Shown: one piece after another, positions 11,346 to 25,960 of the stretch
How the letters are laid out: each line of letters opens with the position of its first letter
Numbering within the stretch: position 1 is the stretch's first letter
NCBI RefSeq assembly: GCF_006345805.1
Contig: NW_021834164.1
Span: 1-55,470, forward strand
From: Octopus sinensis
Lineage: Eukaryota
Direction: 5' to 3'
DNA length: 55,470 bases
Program-made: the position numbers and the translations under genes
The notes under the pieces: model-generated
The model's input: only the letters and a program-made list of their open reading frames with translations
Told to the model about the DNA's origin: nothing
Database searches by the model: none

Positions 11346-13331
11346 TGGTTCTAAGTTTTGACGTTTCAGTATATCTAAAATTGTCTTTCCTTCTCAAGTA
11401 ATATGCAGGAGAGATATTATCACCACTGCTTTGACAAGATACGTATGGATCCTGAAAGAACCCACCGCACAATATTACATTAAGTAGAGTCTGTCAGAGT
11501 AGAACAGACGTAGCTGAACATCAGAAGGATCTGAAAATTCTGTTTACCAGGGAAAGGAAACAGTAACATATCCCGCCACCCCTGAACTATTCAAATAAGC
11601 GTTTCTTATCTTGACCTCCTGAACGCAAGATTATAATAAACCCTTTTGTGGGATGCTCCATTAGTATAGCGTTCGCTTCTTACATTTTTGTATATTGTTA
11701 CATATTTTTTAAATTTTTGCTTATATTTATTTATTTGTGTCTTATTTTCAGGTATCGGCTAATTTTAACGAATTTTAAAATATTCCCAGCAGGAAATATC
11801 TGTCGGTCACATTCCTAGCAAGACATCTCCCGCCTGATTTATCTCCGTATGACCTACATCGCCAGTTATTACCAGGTTATCTTCGATCAAGTTTACAGAA
11901 AAGACTATCCCCTCATCCAAATATCTCAATTATATCTTAGTACTATATTAACGTAATTTAGCTTTCTCTGATCATTATATTAATTGAATATATTAATTAA
12001 TAAATAAAAGGTTATTTTAATCAAAAAATCGTTTGGCTCTCTGACTTTTATTGAGTAACATTTCGGCGTTTGTTCTACTTTAATTTCAAACACACACACA
12101 CACACACACAAACATATATATATGTCTGTGTGTTTGTGTGTGTGAGAGAGAGAGTGAGAGAGTGTGTGTGTGTGAGTGTGACTGTCTTTTTATGTGCTTG
12201 AATGTGTTTTTATAGATATATAGAATGATGTGTACACACAGACAGAAATATTTCAGTTCCGATATGCAAGTGCATATATATATATGTATAAATTTAAAAT
12301 AATAAGGGTGAAAAATTGAATATTAATTTGAATAATATTAATTTAAAACCATGGGTCTAGCATACTGAAAAATCTGAAGATTCAGAAAAATTATGTTACA
12401 TACATCTAAGCGGGATGACCACTAAGGGGACATCCACTAAGAAAGGAATTTTCTCAAGAGAATTTGGCAAACGCCTGCTTGCTTACGTTCTGGCATTTGC
12501 TAAGTTTTCTTGAAAACCTTCCTTTCTTCGTGATAAGACCATAGCGGATTTCCTTCTAGCACAATCGATGTCCACATACTAGTCATCCCTCTTACATATA
12601 TATATATATATATATAATCAACCAAATTGTTTTGCTATTAGTGCCTTATTTTTAGTGTAACCACCTTTGAAAGACATCGACTTACCTTTAGACTGAAAAA
12701 AGGGGTTTAAATAACGGTTATCTCCCTTCCTCTGTTTGGAGTTGGTGTATAAATTAAAACTGATATCGTTTATATCCTTACAGCTAGATTTCATGTCTCC
12801 CTTACTAAAGGTAGAATAAGATTGAATGCAATCAATGTAGATAACTTTATCTGTATAAACTGCTTTAAGTAAGGCAGGGGTACAAAATTGAGCCTTGTCG
12901 TTAAAAGTGCCTACATAGGCAGAGAACTTAGAAAATCTAAATGAAATATTCTTAACTAAGTTCTTAGTGATCGCCTTAGAATGATTATTTAATTGGCTAA
13001 TATACTTAAGGTTGGTCGATTGTTTGTGGTATGGGACGTAAGAATTATTGCGTAAGTTAAGTTGGCTTTCGTTACATCATCCTAAAGACAATGCCTAAAC
13101 CCATTCTACGGAAAAAAAAACTTAACTGAAGTATTCTTAACATTTTGTACTTTTTGGTCAGAAACATTTTTGAGGTAAAGTAAACAATCAACACGATATA
13201 GACCTCTGTTGATGTTTGGGAACTGGTCTGCCATTTCAGAAAGTATATATATTCAGACCAAATCAGTTACTTGTGCTGAAGCAGATCTTCCCATCGTGAT
13301 ATCAAAACCATCGGGTGTGTCTTTATGGACC

Positions 13332-13387
<56 letters not shown>

Positions 13388-13406
13388 CACGCGCATACGT
13401 TCATGA

Positions 13407-13452
<46 letters not shown>

Positions 13453-13830
13453 TTTATATATATATATCTCAGAGGCGATTCAGTGTCACACGGGCTCATC
13501 ACAGATTTCGTACAAGACACATTTCTACTCGAAGAATTTCACGTTTTCCCGCTTTATTTCTAGCCCCAAATGGCTTATTTTTTCACATCTAACGCTATGA
13601 CTTTCTCCGTTTCTAAGTTAAGGATTACAAGAAAGCAACCCTGCAAAACACAACTGATTTTTGCGCACAAATGCACAGAATAACAGCAATCAAATTACGA
13701 CAGCAGAGTGCACAAGCAAACACCAGCGATCTGACTGTCGCTTGTAATCTTGACAAGAGATGCCAGTTTCTCTTTTACACCTTCCAGGCTCGTTCCTATT
13801 AGCCCGAGTTGCTGGATAAATTTTCGTTCC

Positions 13831-14245
13831 GGGTCTTTTCTGTTTGAACGGCAGTTTTTTAAAATAATTTCCACGTAACTAAACACTTTTAAACTTCGTA
13901 TACTGATAGAATGTGTTTATCAAACATCTTTTTCTCTTGGCTTTATTGAGAAAATTCTATAGTATGTAAGATATTTGTTGTTGTTTTTTTCTTCAATTTC
14001 TGCAATTTCAACCAATCAGTGACCTCTATTGAGGTAAAAAAACATTCTGTGCCGTATGAATATGTCCCTCGTTTAAGAAACAGATTGGGTTTATTTACAT
14101 TTCTGAAGAAAAACAGATACCCTTCCCTCACCCCTAACCCTAAAACAGATTGAAATGCAATAGATCGATACTAGGGTCATAACTATGGGTGACAATTTCA
14201 TATGCCATCGCTAGAAAAAAACTGCCGTTCAAACCGAAAAGATCC
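13831..14245. mobile_element. MITE-like element with ~30-bp terminal inverted repeats
   Basis: GG(G/A)TCTTTTC(T/G)GTTTGAACGGCAGTTTTTT at the left end, its reverse complement at the right; partial copies at 44775-45290. Confidence 0.7.
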
Positions 14246-14640
14246 TTCGTTCCTTTAAGAATATTACAGAACGGAAACTTTTCATGGATTTTAATTTAAA
14301 TATTAATCTCTCTAAAAATTTATAGTTTCAAGAAAACATTGCATTTGAATTAATTTTAATTTTTACGATTATTGATAAGAACTCGGGATGTAACTTCTGA
14401 GACCGAGTCAGGCGCGTGTGAACGATGTCGAGAGAACGTCTGCTACGAATGATATTTTGACACAGACGGTGAACGAAAATAAACCAACAGCGACCAGGCT
14501 CAATAAAAGGAGCACGAGTTATTGGCTGCAATTACATACTTGAAGTCAGTGTTGGCAGAAATGAAATCAGCTTATAAATACACGTCCACCTTATTACATT
14601 TATATTCGGGCTAAGCTCGAACAGCCCGAGTGCCGGAGTC

Positions 14641-14681
<41 letters not shown>

Positions 14682-14717
14682 TATATATATAATATATATA
14701 TATATTATATATATATA

Positions 14718-14757
<40 letters not shown>

Positions 14758-14975
14758 TATATAATCAATATAAGCAACAAGGATATCCAAAGGTAGTGTA
14801 GTATACTCGTTTCATGCTACTTCATTTAATTAAACAATGTAAGTATTACGTCAGTTTTAAAATGTAGAGCACGCTTCAGCCACATATGGACATTTTAAAT
14901 TAAATTGACAATATTCATTTTTATACTTATTCCATTTTCCAACATTACAAAGAGGGTAGATATATAGACAGAGAG

Positions 14976-15252
<277 letters not shown>

Positions 15253-16401
15253 GTGAATGGAATAAAGGATATGTAATCTTTGTAACTCTGAGCTTTTCCA
15301 CATATTGTTCGCCAGAGGCCGTTTGGTAAACGGGCTTTTACAGACTGCTTTTCGATGTCCCCATTGGCGGCGTCATACGTTTCTTACATATAAATGATAC
15401 CTAAGACAATTAACACCTTGATATCCTAATAAAAGGAAATAAATTTTGAAAAAATTTTTTTTGAAAAAAATCTCTGAACAATTTTTGCAAGGGGAAATTG
15501 CTCCCCTTGGGCGATTGGTCGGTTTTTAGAAGCAAGGGCAGGAGTTATATACCCCCCTGATTTTTGGCGAGGTTAATTTAGATAAGCAGGCCACTGACGG
15601 ACACACGAACACAGAATTATTTCAGCCGCCTGACCGGCTATTTTCAGCAGTGCTCACTATCTCGCGCCCCACGCATACACAGGCTAGCATACACACACAT
15701 GCATGTAGGTAGGTAGTGTCTCGCACCTAAATAATACACCCTGAATTCTTAAAATATTCAGAGCTTTAATTTTGGTTACACAGAATATCTTCACACCCCT
15801 TGTTTTCATTAATTCCTCACCTACTAGATTTGACCGCGGCCTGACCTTGATTTATTCCAACGGACCTTTTTGTCGGCCTCCACCAACCCCCCGATTTCAA
15901 CGTATATTGAGAAACAGTTTGCCCCAATACATGGGCTCTTAAGGAGCGTTATTGTTCGAATTGCTTGCTGCGCCTTTGTTTTGGACATCGTAATTCCTGG
16001 ATTTTCCTGAAGAGAAAGCTGCAATATGGTATCCTTATTCAATCAGAATTTGGAAAATTGTGGCCTTTGAAACATGTGTTGAATGTAATAAAAGGAATTC
16101 TGTACAATCTTCGTTCAACTCCATTTCTTCCATTCACTAATTATATTAAACTTCAATTATCCGCACCAACGCACGGTTGCAACACCCTATGGTCATAACT
16201 CCAACCGTGTTTTTTCTGCTGTGATTTTTGCTACCCAGGTATCGGTTAAACTTTTAAATAATCTGTAACAAGATAATTCATCTTTCCATTTCAACAAATA
16301 TATATATATATATATATATAATTTCGGTGCCCCAGCATGGTCACAGCTCGTGAGATGAAACTAGATAAAATAAAAATAAAATAATATATATATATATATA
16401 T

Positions 16402-17035
16402 ATGAGAGAAATGCTGGACATAACAAGCATCGGATGTGGCAGGCAAGAAAGATGTTTGCGATGGTATAGTCATGTTCTCCGGATGGATGAGAAGAGATGT
16501 GCGAAAAAGTGCCACTCCCAAACAGTTGAAGGAATCCGGGGTAGAGGTAGACCCAGGAAGACATGGAATGAGGTTATCAAGCATGACCTTCGAGCGTTGG
16601 GCCTCACAGAGGCAATGACGAAAGACCGAGACATCTGGAGATATGCTGTAACTGCGATGACCCGACAAATAACGTGAGGTTGTTTCCTGTACCAGCTTCA
16701 CATAACAGCCCCAACCCATCGGAAATACCTTGGATCGCAGGACGGCCTGCTGTGGTTACCTTGGATCGTAGGGTGACCTGCTGTGCTTGAGGAGACCTAT
16801 TGAGTCAAGTACATCAACATCAAATGGAAATTGTAGTTCTGATACCCGCGCCAATGGCACTTTCAAAACACCATCTCAACGTGACTGATGCCACCGCCGT
16901 CTTGACTGGCTTCCGTGCTGGGGGCACATAAAAAACACCATTCGATCGTGGCCGTTGCCAGCCTCCTGGCTTCCCAGACCCCGGTCGAACCGTCCAACCC
17001 ATGCTAGCATGGAAAACGGACGTTAAACGATGATG
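16402..17035 (+). mobile_element. RTE-clade LINE 3' fragment with 3' UTR and (GAT) tail
   Basis: RCLRWYSHVLRMDEKRCAKK..GRGRPRKTWNEVIKHD..DRDIWR; ends CCCATGCTAGCATGGAAAACGGACGTTAAACGATGATGAT. Confidence 0.85.
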
Positions 17036-17774
17036 ATATATATATTTATATACATATATATATATATATATACACACATACATTTCTGTGTGTATGTATG
17101 TGGTATGTATGTACGTACGTACGTATGTATGTATTATGTATGTATGTATGTACGTGTATGTGTGTATGTATGTACGTACGTAAATATGTACGTATGTATG
17201 TATGTATATATGTGTGTATGTATATATGTATTATGCATGTATTACGTATGTATGTATGTATGTATGTACGTATGTACGTCTGTATATACGTATGTATGTA
17301 CGTATGTATGTATGTATGTATGTGTGTGTGTGTGCGTGCGTGTATAGTGGCTTTGTGTGTGTGTCTGTCGTTTACGTTTATCTCCATGTGACTTAGCGGT
17401 TCGCTATAAGAGGCCAATAAAATCTACCAGACAGAAGTAAGAAATAACTTGTGTCAATTTCTTAGATTAAAATTCTTCAATGCGGTGCCCCAGCGTGGCC
17501 GCAGTCTAGTAACTGAAAAATGTGAAAAAAACTACAAAATTCCTCAGTAACACCTTAAGCTAAGGGACGTAACTCTTGTACCTCACACTGGCTTTACCTG
17601 CTAGAAATAGCAGCCAAAATGGTTTTAAGCCAGATCCCAATGCTGGATCGTCAAGAACCAAATGTAGAGCAGAGTTTCAATCCTGGGATCATCCTGATTC
17701 CAAAAAGGTAGAATATGTCTATGTAGACTGAGGGACAGGGGTCACAGGCACATGGGAATTTCGCTTTTATTAAT

Positions 17775-18430
17775 GTGGCGAGCTGGCAGAAACGTTAGCA
17801 CGCCGGGCGAAATGCTTAGCAGTATTTCGTCTGCCGTTACGTTCTGGGTTCAAATTCCGCCGAGGTCGACTTTGCCTTTCATCCTTTCGAGGCCCATTAA
17901 ATAAGTACCTGTTACGCACTGGGCTCGATATAATCGACTTAATATGTTTGTCTGTCCTTGCTTGTTCCCTCTGTGTTTAGCCCCTTGTGGGTACTAAAGA
18001 AATAGGTATTTCGTCTGCCGTTACGTTCTGAGTTCAAATTCCTTTCATCCTTTCAGGGTCGATAAATTAAGTACCAGTTACGCACTGGGCTCGATATAAT
18101 CGACTTAATCCGCTTTTCTGTCCTTGTTTGTCCCGTCTGTGTTTAGCCTCTTGTGGGCAGTAAAGAAATAGGTATTTCGTCTGCCGTTACATTCTGGTTT
18201 CAAATTCCACCGATGTCGACTTTGCCTTTCATCCTTCCGAGGTCCATAAAATATGTACCAGTTATGCACTGGGGTCGATATAAACGACTTAATCCGTTTG
18301 TCTGTCCTTGTTTGTCTCCTCTGTGTTTAGCCCCTTGTGGGTAGTAAAGAAATAGGTATTTCGTCTGCCGTTACGTTCTGAGTTCAAATTCCGCCGAGGT
18401 CGACTTTGCCTTTCATCCTTTCGGATGTTA
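17775..18430 (-). repeat. Head-to-tail tandem array of SINE A (~3.4 units)
   Basis: GTATTTCGTCTGCCGTTAC restarts at ~17822, 18007, 18172 and 18357. Confidence 0.85.
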
Positions 18431-18450
18431 TAATATAACACATTCACCGG

Positions 18451-18536
<86 letters not shown>

Positions 18537-18799
18537 TGCAAGACGCAACGAAAATTTTAGGACAATAAAAATAAGAAAAAAGTGGGAATTTTACCGGTGA
18601 GTGTTTTACATAATAAGGCACAAAACGAAAAGGATTCTCTCCAGAAACAACAGAATTATTGAACTTAAGTATTACAACAACCAAAAAATAGAAATACATT
18701 TTCTTATGCGAATATAGTGTTGCGTTGACAATTTCAATTCAAAGTTTTTATTCATTCTGCAAATCTTGTTCGTTGATCCCATGCTAAAATCGTCCTAAC

Positions 18800-19270
18800 A
18801 GACATTGGTTTGAGTTTTACCTGTAGGGGTGAAAATGATAAAATTGTCTTTGCTCCCCACTCTGGAACCCCAGGATATGTCTGTGTGAAAAACAACCCTT
18901 CTCTAATTGCAAAGCAGTAACTTTGAAAGTCTGATCTTGGTACTTATCAATGGACATCGCAAGAGACTGACGTATTGGAAATTGAAGTCGTTTGAATTCG
19001 ATGCGAATATTTGAAGGTGTTAAACTTAAGTGAGGCATAAATATATCTTCACCTTTTCCAAAGACAAAAATTATTGTGGCTTCTATGATATTTCTCGTTA
19101 ATTTCTTCACAACAATTCTTGTACCACTGCACAGCTTCGGTTGGGAAAAGGTCTGCAGAGGCATGATTGGAGCGCTCATTTTCAATCGAAGGCAACGAGG
19201 GGGAGCTCGTTGTGGATCCAGTGAGTTTAAGAACTCAACCAGATAATCGGCAATTCCCATGTCTTCAACA
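18800..19270 (-). mobile_element. Helitron PIF1-like helicase fragment
   Basis: EFLNSLDPQRAPPRCLRLK..PKLCSGTRIVVKKLTRNIIEATI..GEDIFMP..EFKRLQFPIRQSLAMSIDKYQDQT, a degenerate match to Helitron helicase C-terminal motifs. Confidence 0.85.
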
Positions 19271-19527
19271 ACAGAGTTTACAGATTTGTGGCGAACTGGC
19301 AGAATCGTTAGCACGCCGGGCGAAATGCTTTGCGGTATTTCGTTTGTCGTTACGTTGTGAGTTCGGGGACGTAAACATACCAGCATCGGTTGTCAAGCGA
19401 TGTTGGGGGGACAAACACAGACACACACATATACATATACATATACGACAGGCTTCTTTCAGTTTCCGTCTGGTCTGGGGATCGAAACCGCGAGTCCGCT
19501 GCCCTAACCACTGGGCCATTGCGTCTC

Positions 19528-19625
<98 letters not shown>

Positions 19626-19626
19626 G

Positions 19627-19658
<32 letters not shown>

Positions 19659-19660
19659 AT

Positions 19661-19693
<33 letters not shown>

Positions 19694-20212
19694 CACATAT
19701 CGTACGCTTCTTTCACTGACCATCTCTGAAACCCACAAACAGGTATTTGGTTATGGCAAAAAAAAACGGAAAAAAATCGCTCTAGGTGTCACGCAGTGGA
19801 ACTGAACCTGAAATCTCTATCACACAGTCACACCTATATCTATAAAGCTTGTCTATGTGTGTGTATAGACAGATAATTCGACTGAATGTTAAGGTGTCGG
19901 ACGATGTCAGGCAGAGAGATTATGACGTCATAAGGAAAAATTGATTTAAAATGAGTGTTAGTCATTTTCACCTCTTTTCTTCTTCTCTCTCTCTCTCTCT
20001 CTCTCTCACCCCAAACCTTTCTTCGCTCAGTCTTTCTTTTCCGTAACCCTCCCCTTCTCACTCTATCTCGCTCTCGCTCACTTTCTCTCTTTCTTTCCCC
20101 CTCTCTCTCTTTCTCTTCGTTTATGTCTGTGCTTATGTAGGCTTGTGTTGTTGCCTGCTACTTATGTAGGACCTCAGAAATGTAGGAATATACACATTTC
20201 TCGTCTTTATGC

Positions 20213-20310
<98 letters not shown>

Positions 20311-20601
20311 CTATCTATCTATCTATCTATCTATCTAATCTATCTATCTATCTATCTATCTATTTGTATATATACATATATGTGAGCGAGTAGAGAGAGA
20401 GAGAGAGTGAGAGAGTGAAAGAGAGAGAGAGAGAGAAATATAACTCTAGATACAGGTACATATAAATGCTGTCATCAGCATGGCCGTAGCTCTGGGCTGA
20501 AACTTTAACATATATATATATATATATATAATATATATAAAGATAATAATAATAATAATATAATAATGATAATAATAATAATAATAATAATGATGATGAT
20601 G

Positions 20602-20632
<31 letters not shown>

Positions 20633-20654
20633 TAATAATAATAATAACAACAAC

Positions 20655-20800
20655 ATTGAAAAATACCTTAGGAATGTGAACTCAGGTTTCAAATTCCCCC
20701 AAGACACCTGAAGAAGGCTGGAGGGTATATCAGCCGAAATGTTGTGTTAACAACAAACCAGATGAGGACAAATATCCGTCAAATGTAAATGATGTAAATA
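20655..20800 (+). mobile_element. Penelope-like element terminal fragment
   Basis: CCTGAAGAAGGC..CAGCCGAAATGTTG resembles the conserved Penelope-type pseudo-LTR end. Confidence 0.5.
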
Positions 20801-21490
20801 ATGGAGAGTACGTAGTTGATTCTAAGAAAAGTGAGCCAAGCTTGTTTAATCAAGAAGATTTGAATGATTTAGTAAAAGACCTACCATTGTCAAAGGAGAA
20901 GGCAGAAGTTTTGGGATCCAGACTACAGCAACGGAATCTCCAACAGTAAGGTGCGAAAATTTCTATTTTCCATTCTCGCCATGAAGGCTTATCTGTCTTT
21001 TTCAAGCAAGAAAATAATGCTTGTTTCTGCACTAACGTTAATGCACTTATGCAAAAACTACGACAAGTGTATGTGACTAACGAATGGAGAATGTTTAAAG
21101 ACTCGAGTAAGGTTAGCCTCGAAGCTGTGCTGTTACATAATGGTAATGAAAAACCTTCCATTCCTGTGGGTCATGCTATCGGTATGGAAGAAACTTATGA
21201 ATCGATGGAACTCATTCTGAAAGGAGTTAATTACTCAGTTCATAAGTGAAATATTTCTGGTGATTTAAAGATGATTTTCCTCCTCCTAGGACTGCAGCTG
21301 GAATACATAAAAAATATGCACTTCTTGTATTTTTGGAACAGTCGTGATGACAGCAACCATTGCACTGTAAAAGACTGCTCTAAAAGAGATGAGCGCATAA
21401 TTGGTCCCTACAATGTGCAGCATGTGCCGCTGGTAAACCCAGAAAAAATCTTCCTTCCATACCTTCACATCAAACTTGCCTTGTAAAAGC
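20800..21490 (+). mobile_element. Degenerate DNA-transposon transposase remnant (probably CMC/Chapaev3-like)
   Basis: FNQEDLNDLVKDLPLSKEKAEVLGSRLQ, EWRMFKDSSKVSLEAVLLHNGN, PLVNPEKIFLPYLHIKL; several in-frame stops. Superfamily assigned from memory of motifs. Confidence 0.6.
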
Positions 21491-22036
21491 AACGCCACAC
21501 GATGCAACTTAGCGGTTCAGCAAAAGACACCGATAGAATGAGTACTAGGCTTACAAAGAATAAGTCCTGGGGTAGATTTGCTCGACTAAAGGTGGTGCAC
21601 CAGCATGGCCGCAGTCAAACGACTGAAACAAGTGAGAGATTAAAAGAGCAAATAGTGCCAAAAGTGTATATTCTTTAATTAAGGGAGATAACTAAAAAAT
21701 AACATCTTAGTCATATAAAACCGACGTGACAGTTTCGAATTGAAACGGGCTCGTTTTTCGCTTGCGAAGGGGACACGAGCATTGGCGCACCAACAGACAC
21801 ACATACGCATGCAAGCTTTCTGCTGATACCTTTAACAAATAAACATTGACTAGCTTATATTTTACATTTAATTACACGCCACAACTATATAAAGTAATAA
21901 CAATATCTAGTACAAACCTTTGGACTTGATCAGGTGATTATTTTGTTTTAGATAGTATATATGCGTGTGTGGGTATATACACCTATATATGTATGTATTT
22001 ATGTATGTATGTACGTATGTATGTATATATATATAT

Positions 22037-24170
22037 ATGGAATTGTATCTTTGTGGTACCAGTGACGGTGGCACACAAGAAAACCACCCGAACGTGGCCG
22101 TAGCCAGTACCGCATCGACTGGCCTCCGTGCTGTGGGCACAACAAACACCATCCGATCGTGGCCGTTCGCCAGCCTCATCTGGCACCTGTGTCGGTGGCA
22201 CATAAAAACACCATCCGAAGACCCGGCGACGTAGTCAGTCCACCTGTGCATACCTTCCTTCTTATGACACTTGTGAAGACCTGTTGAGGCAAGTGTGTGA
22301 CACTTGTGAAGACCTGTTGAGGCAGAGGCAAGTGTGTGACACTTGTGAAGACCTGTTGAGGCAGAGGCAAGTGTGTGACACTTGTGAAGACCTGTTGAGG
22401 CAAGTGAAAATCAAACCAAATCAAAATAGATGAACATCAATGGAATTTGTATCTTTGTGGTACCAGTATCGGTGGCACACAAGAAAACCATCCGAACGTG
22501 GCTGTAGCCAGTACCGCATCGACTGGCCTCCGTGCTGTGGGCACATAACAAACGCCATCCGATCGTGGCCGTTCGCCAGCCTCATCTGGCACCTGTCCGA
22601 AGACCCGGCAAGACTAGTCAGGCCATAGCCCGTGGCCCCTTCCTGGGATGTAGTCAGTCCACCTGTGCATACCTTCCATCTTATGACACTTGTGAAGTCC
22701 TGTTGAGGCAAGTGCTAATCTAATCAAATCAAATGACACTTGTGAAGACCTGTTGAGGCAAGTGATAATCATAATCATAATCAAATCAAATCAAAACAAA
22801 TCAAAATAGATGAACATCAATGGAATTTGTATCTTTGTGGTACCAATGCCGGTGGCACACAAGAAAACCATCCGAACGTGGTGGTAGCCAGTACCACATC
22901 GACTGACCTCCGTGCTGTGGGCACGTAACAAACACCATCCGATCGTGGCCGTTCGCCAGCCTCATCTGGCACCTGTGTCGGTGGCACATAAAAACACCAT
23001 CCAAAGACCCGGCAAGACTAGTCAGGCCATAACCCGTGGCCCCTACCTGGGACGTAGTCAGTCCACCTGTGCATACCTTCCTTCTTATGACACTTGTGAA
23101 GACCTGTTGAGGCAAGTGAAAATCAAACCAAATCAAAATAGATGAACATCAATGGAATTTGTATCTTTATGGTACCAGTGCCGGTGGCACACAAGAAAAC
23201 CATCCGAACGTGGCTGTAGCCAGTACCGCATCGACTGGCCTCCGTGCTGTGGGCACATAACAAACGCCATCCGATCGTGGCCGTTCGCCAGCCTCATCTG
23301 GCACCTGTCCGAAGACCCGGCAAGACTAGTCAGGCCATAGCCCGTGGCCCCTTCCTGGGATGTAGTCAGTCCACCTGTGCATACCTTCCATCTTATGACA
23401 CTTGTGAAGTCCTGTTGAGGCAAGTGCTAATCTAATCAAATCAAATGACACTTGTGAAGACCTGTTGAGGCAAGTGATAATCATAATCATAATCAAATCA
23501 AATCAAAACAAATCAAAATAGATGAACATCAATGGAATTTGTATCTTTGTGGTACCAATGCCGGTGGCACACAAGAAAACCATCCGAACGTGGTGGTAGC
23601 CAGTACCACATCGACTGACCTCCGTGCTGTGGGCACGTAACAAACACCATCCGATCGTGGCCGTTCGCCAGCCTCATCTGGCACCTGTGTTGGTGGCACA
23701 TAAAAACACCATCCAAAGACCCGGCAAGACTAGTCAGGCCATAACCCGTGGCCCCTACCTGGGACGTAGTCAGTCCACCTGTGCATACCTTCCTTCTTAT
23801 GACACTTGTGAAGACCTGTTGAGGCAAGTGAAAATCAAACCAAATCAAAATAGATGAACATCAATGGAATTTGTATCTTTATGGTACCAGTGCCGGTGGC
23901 ACACAAGAAAACCATCCGAACGTGGCCGTAGCCAGTACCGCATCGACTGGCCTCCGTGCTGTGGGCACGTAACAAACACCATCCGATCGTGGCCGTTCGC
24001 CAGCCTCATCTGGCACTTGTGTCGGTGGCACATAAAAACACCATCCGAGCGTGGCCGTCTGCCAGCCTCGTCTGGCACCTGTGTCGGTGGCACATAAAAA
24101 ACACCATTTGAGCGTGGCCGTTCGCCAGCCTCGCCTGGCACCTGTGTCGGTGGCACATAAAATCACCCAC
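22037..24170 (+). repeat. Higher-order tandem repeat (380+332 = 712-bp dimer) derived from an RTE-LINE 3' region
   Basis: ATGGAATT(T)GTATCTTT monomer starts at 22037, 22440, 22820, 23152, 23532, 23864; duplicated ORF-track pairs are offset by exactly 712. Confidence 0.92.
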
Positions 24171-24335
24171 TACACTCTCGGAGTGGTTGGCGTTAGGAAG
24201 GGCATCCAGCTGTAGAAACACTGCCAGATATGACTGGCCTGGTGCAGCCTTCGGGCTCCCCAGACTCCAGTTGAACCGTCCAACCCATGCTAGCATGGAA
24301 AGCGGACGTTAAATGATGATGATGATGATGATGAT
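24170..24335 (+). mobile_element. RTE LINE 3' terminus with (GAT)n tail
   Basis: CACTACACTCTCGGAGTGGTTGGCGTTAGGAAGGGCATCCAGC...CCCATGCTAGCATGGAAAGCGGACGTTAAATGATGATG; reverse copy at ~49047-49595. Confidence 0.85.
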
Positions 24336-24499
24336 ATATATATATATATATATATATAAAGATAGATAGATATAGATATATATAATGATAGATATAGACA
24401 TATATAAAGGTATATATATATATATATTATATATAAAGATATATATATATATATATATAATATAATATATATATACATATATAATATATATATATAAAG

Positions 24500-24531
<32 letters not shown>

Positions 24532-24794
24532 TATATATAAAGATATATATACATATATATATATATATAAAGATATATATACATATACATATATATATAT
24601 AAAGATATATATACATATACATATATATATACATATACATATACATATATATAAAGATATATATACATATACATATATATATATATATATATAGATATAT
24701 ATATATATATATATATACATACATATATATATACATACATATATATATACATACATACATATATATATACATACATATATATATACATACATAC

Positions 24795-24827
<33 letters not shown>

Positions 24828-24919
24828 CATTATATATATATATATATATATACATATATATTATATATATATATATATTACATATATATATATATATGTA
24901 TATACATATATGGTTGTAT

Positions 24920-25260
24920 GCTGGGGCACCGACTTTTGTCGAGTAAATCGACCAGAGGACCTATTCTTTCTAAACCTAGTACTTATTCTATCGGTCTCCT
25001 TTGCCGAACCGCTAAGTTACAGGGACGTAAACACACCAGCATCGGTTGTGGAACTATGTTGGGCGGACAAACACAGACACAGAAACATACATATATATAT
25101 TCATATATACGACGGGCTTCCTTCTGTTTCCGTGTACAAAATCCACTGACAAAGCTTTGGTCGGTCCGAGGCTATGGTAGAAAACATTTGCCCATGGTGC
25201 CATGTAGTGGGATTGAACCTGGAATCATGTGGTTGGTAAGCGAGCTACTTCCCCTACAGA
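24920..25260 (+). mobile_element. Octopus-type SINE family C (microsatellite-interrupted)
   Basis: TAGTACTTATTCTATCGGTCTC..CCGAACCGCTAAGTTAC..AAACACACCAGCATCGGTTG..AAAGCTTTGGTCGG..GGATTGAACCTGGAATCATGTGGTTGGTAAG; other copies at ~17395-17530 -, 21500-21640 -, 41940-42200, 45040-45135, 46925-47130, 48325-48490, 50250-50610, 55065-55440. Confidence 0.8.
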
Positions 25261-25789
25261 CACTCCTGTTTGTTAACCTGACAACAAGTTGAAGGTGAGC
25301 TCTGACTGGTTGTATGCAAATGAGTTCATTAATGGGATCCGGAACACTCGTGGGAGAAAAAAGAATTTCGTGGCTGGGTCACATGAGACGATGCGACCAC
25401 CTTGGGTATGGGTGGACTGTGCTCAAACACCCACCCGTCCTATCACCCACACATATAGATACATGCAATGACGCACACTCGTAGCTATTTATGCTTTAAA
25501 AATGTTGACCATAAAACTGTGACGTTCTGAAGAAAGTGTATGAGTGTGTGTGTGTGTGCTTTCATTTCTGCTTCGCTGAATTTGTGAAAGAGCGACGGGG
25601 AACTTGTTGACATCGATGACAATTTTCGTATATTGCCTCTTTTTTTTTCCTTTTTTCAGTCATTGAATTGTGGCCATGCTGGGTTACCGCCTTGCAGGAT
25701 TTTTAGTCGAACCAATTGACCTCATTAAAGTACATTTTTTCAGCCTGGTAAGTATCCGCTCAGTTTATATATATATATACATACACAGT

Positions 25790-25960
25790 CCTTAAATCGT
25801 AGTCTTCGTTTCTGCTGGGGGCTCTCTCCATACAGAAGTTTAGAATATAGCATCTGTTTAAGGATCCTCTGATCATTAACCTAAAGAAAATGTCCAGTCC
25901 ATCATTATTCTCTGTGCTTTTATAATTTGACAAATTCAACCTCTCTTCTCTGGGCAACAT
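25790..25960 (-). mobile_element. RTE-BovB-like LINE C-terminal fragment
   Basis: A - strand frame reads QRILKQMLYSKLLYGESPQQKRRLRFKD, resembling the RTE RLPKQxLYGEL..G.R..RFKD motif. Confidence 0.55.

Noticed and set aside
12408-12595. Imperfect inverted repeat (possible old MITE or hairpin RNA)
   Set aside because: Arms only loosely matched; single copy in the window; cannot be supported.
15824-16042. ORF with YVEIGGLVEADKKVRWNKSRSGRG, faintly like Merlin/IS1595 transposase
   Set aside because: Match too short and degenerate; no TIRs identified.
22260-22410. Short direct repeats GACACTTGTGAAGACCTGTTGAGGCAAGT resembling a CRISPR array
   Set aside because: No unique spacers, eukaryotic LINE context, no cas genes; they are sub-repeats of the tandem array.
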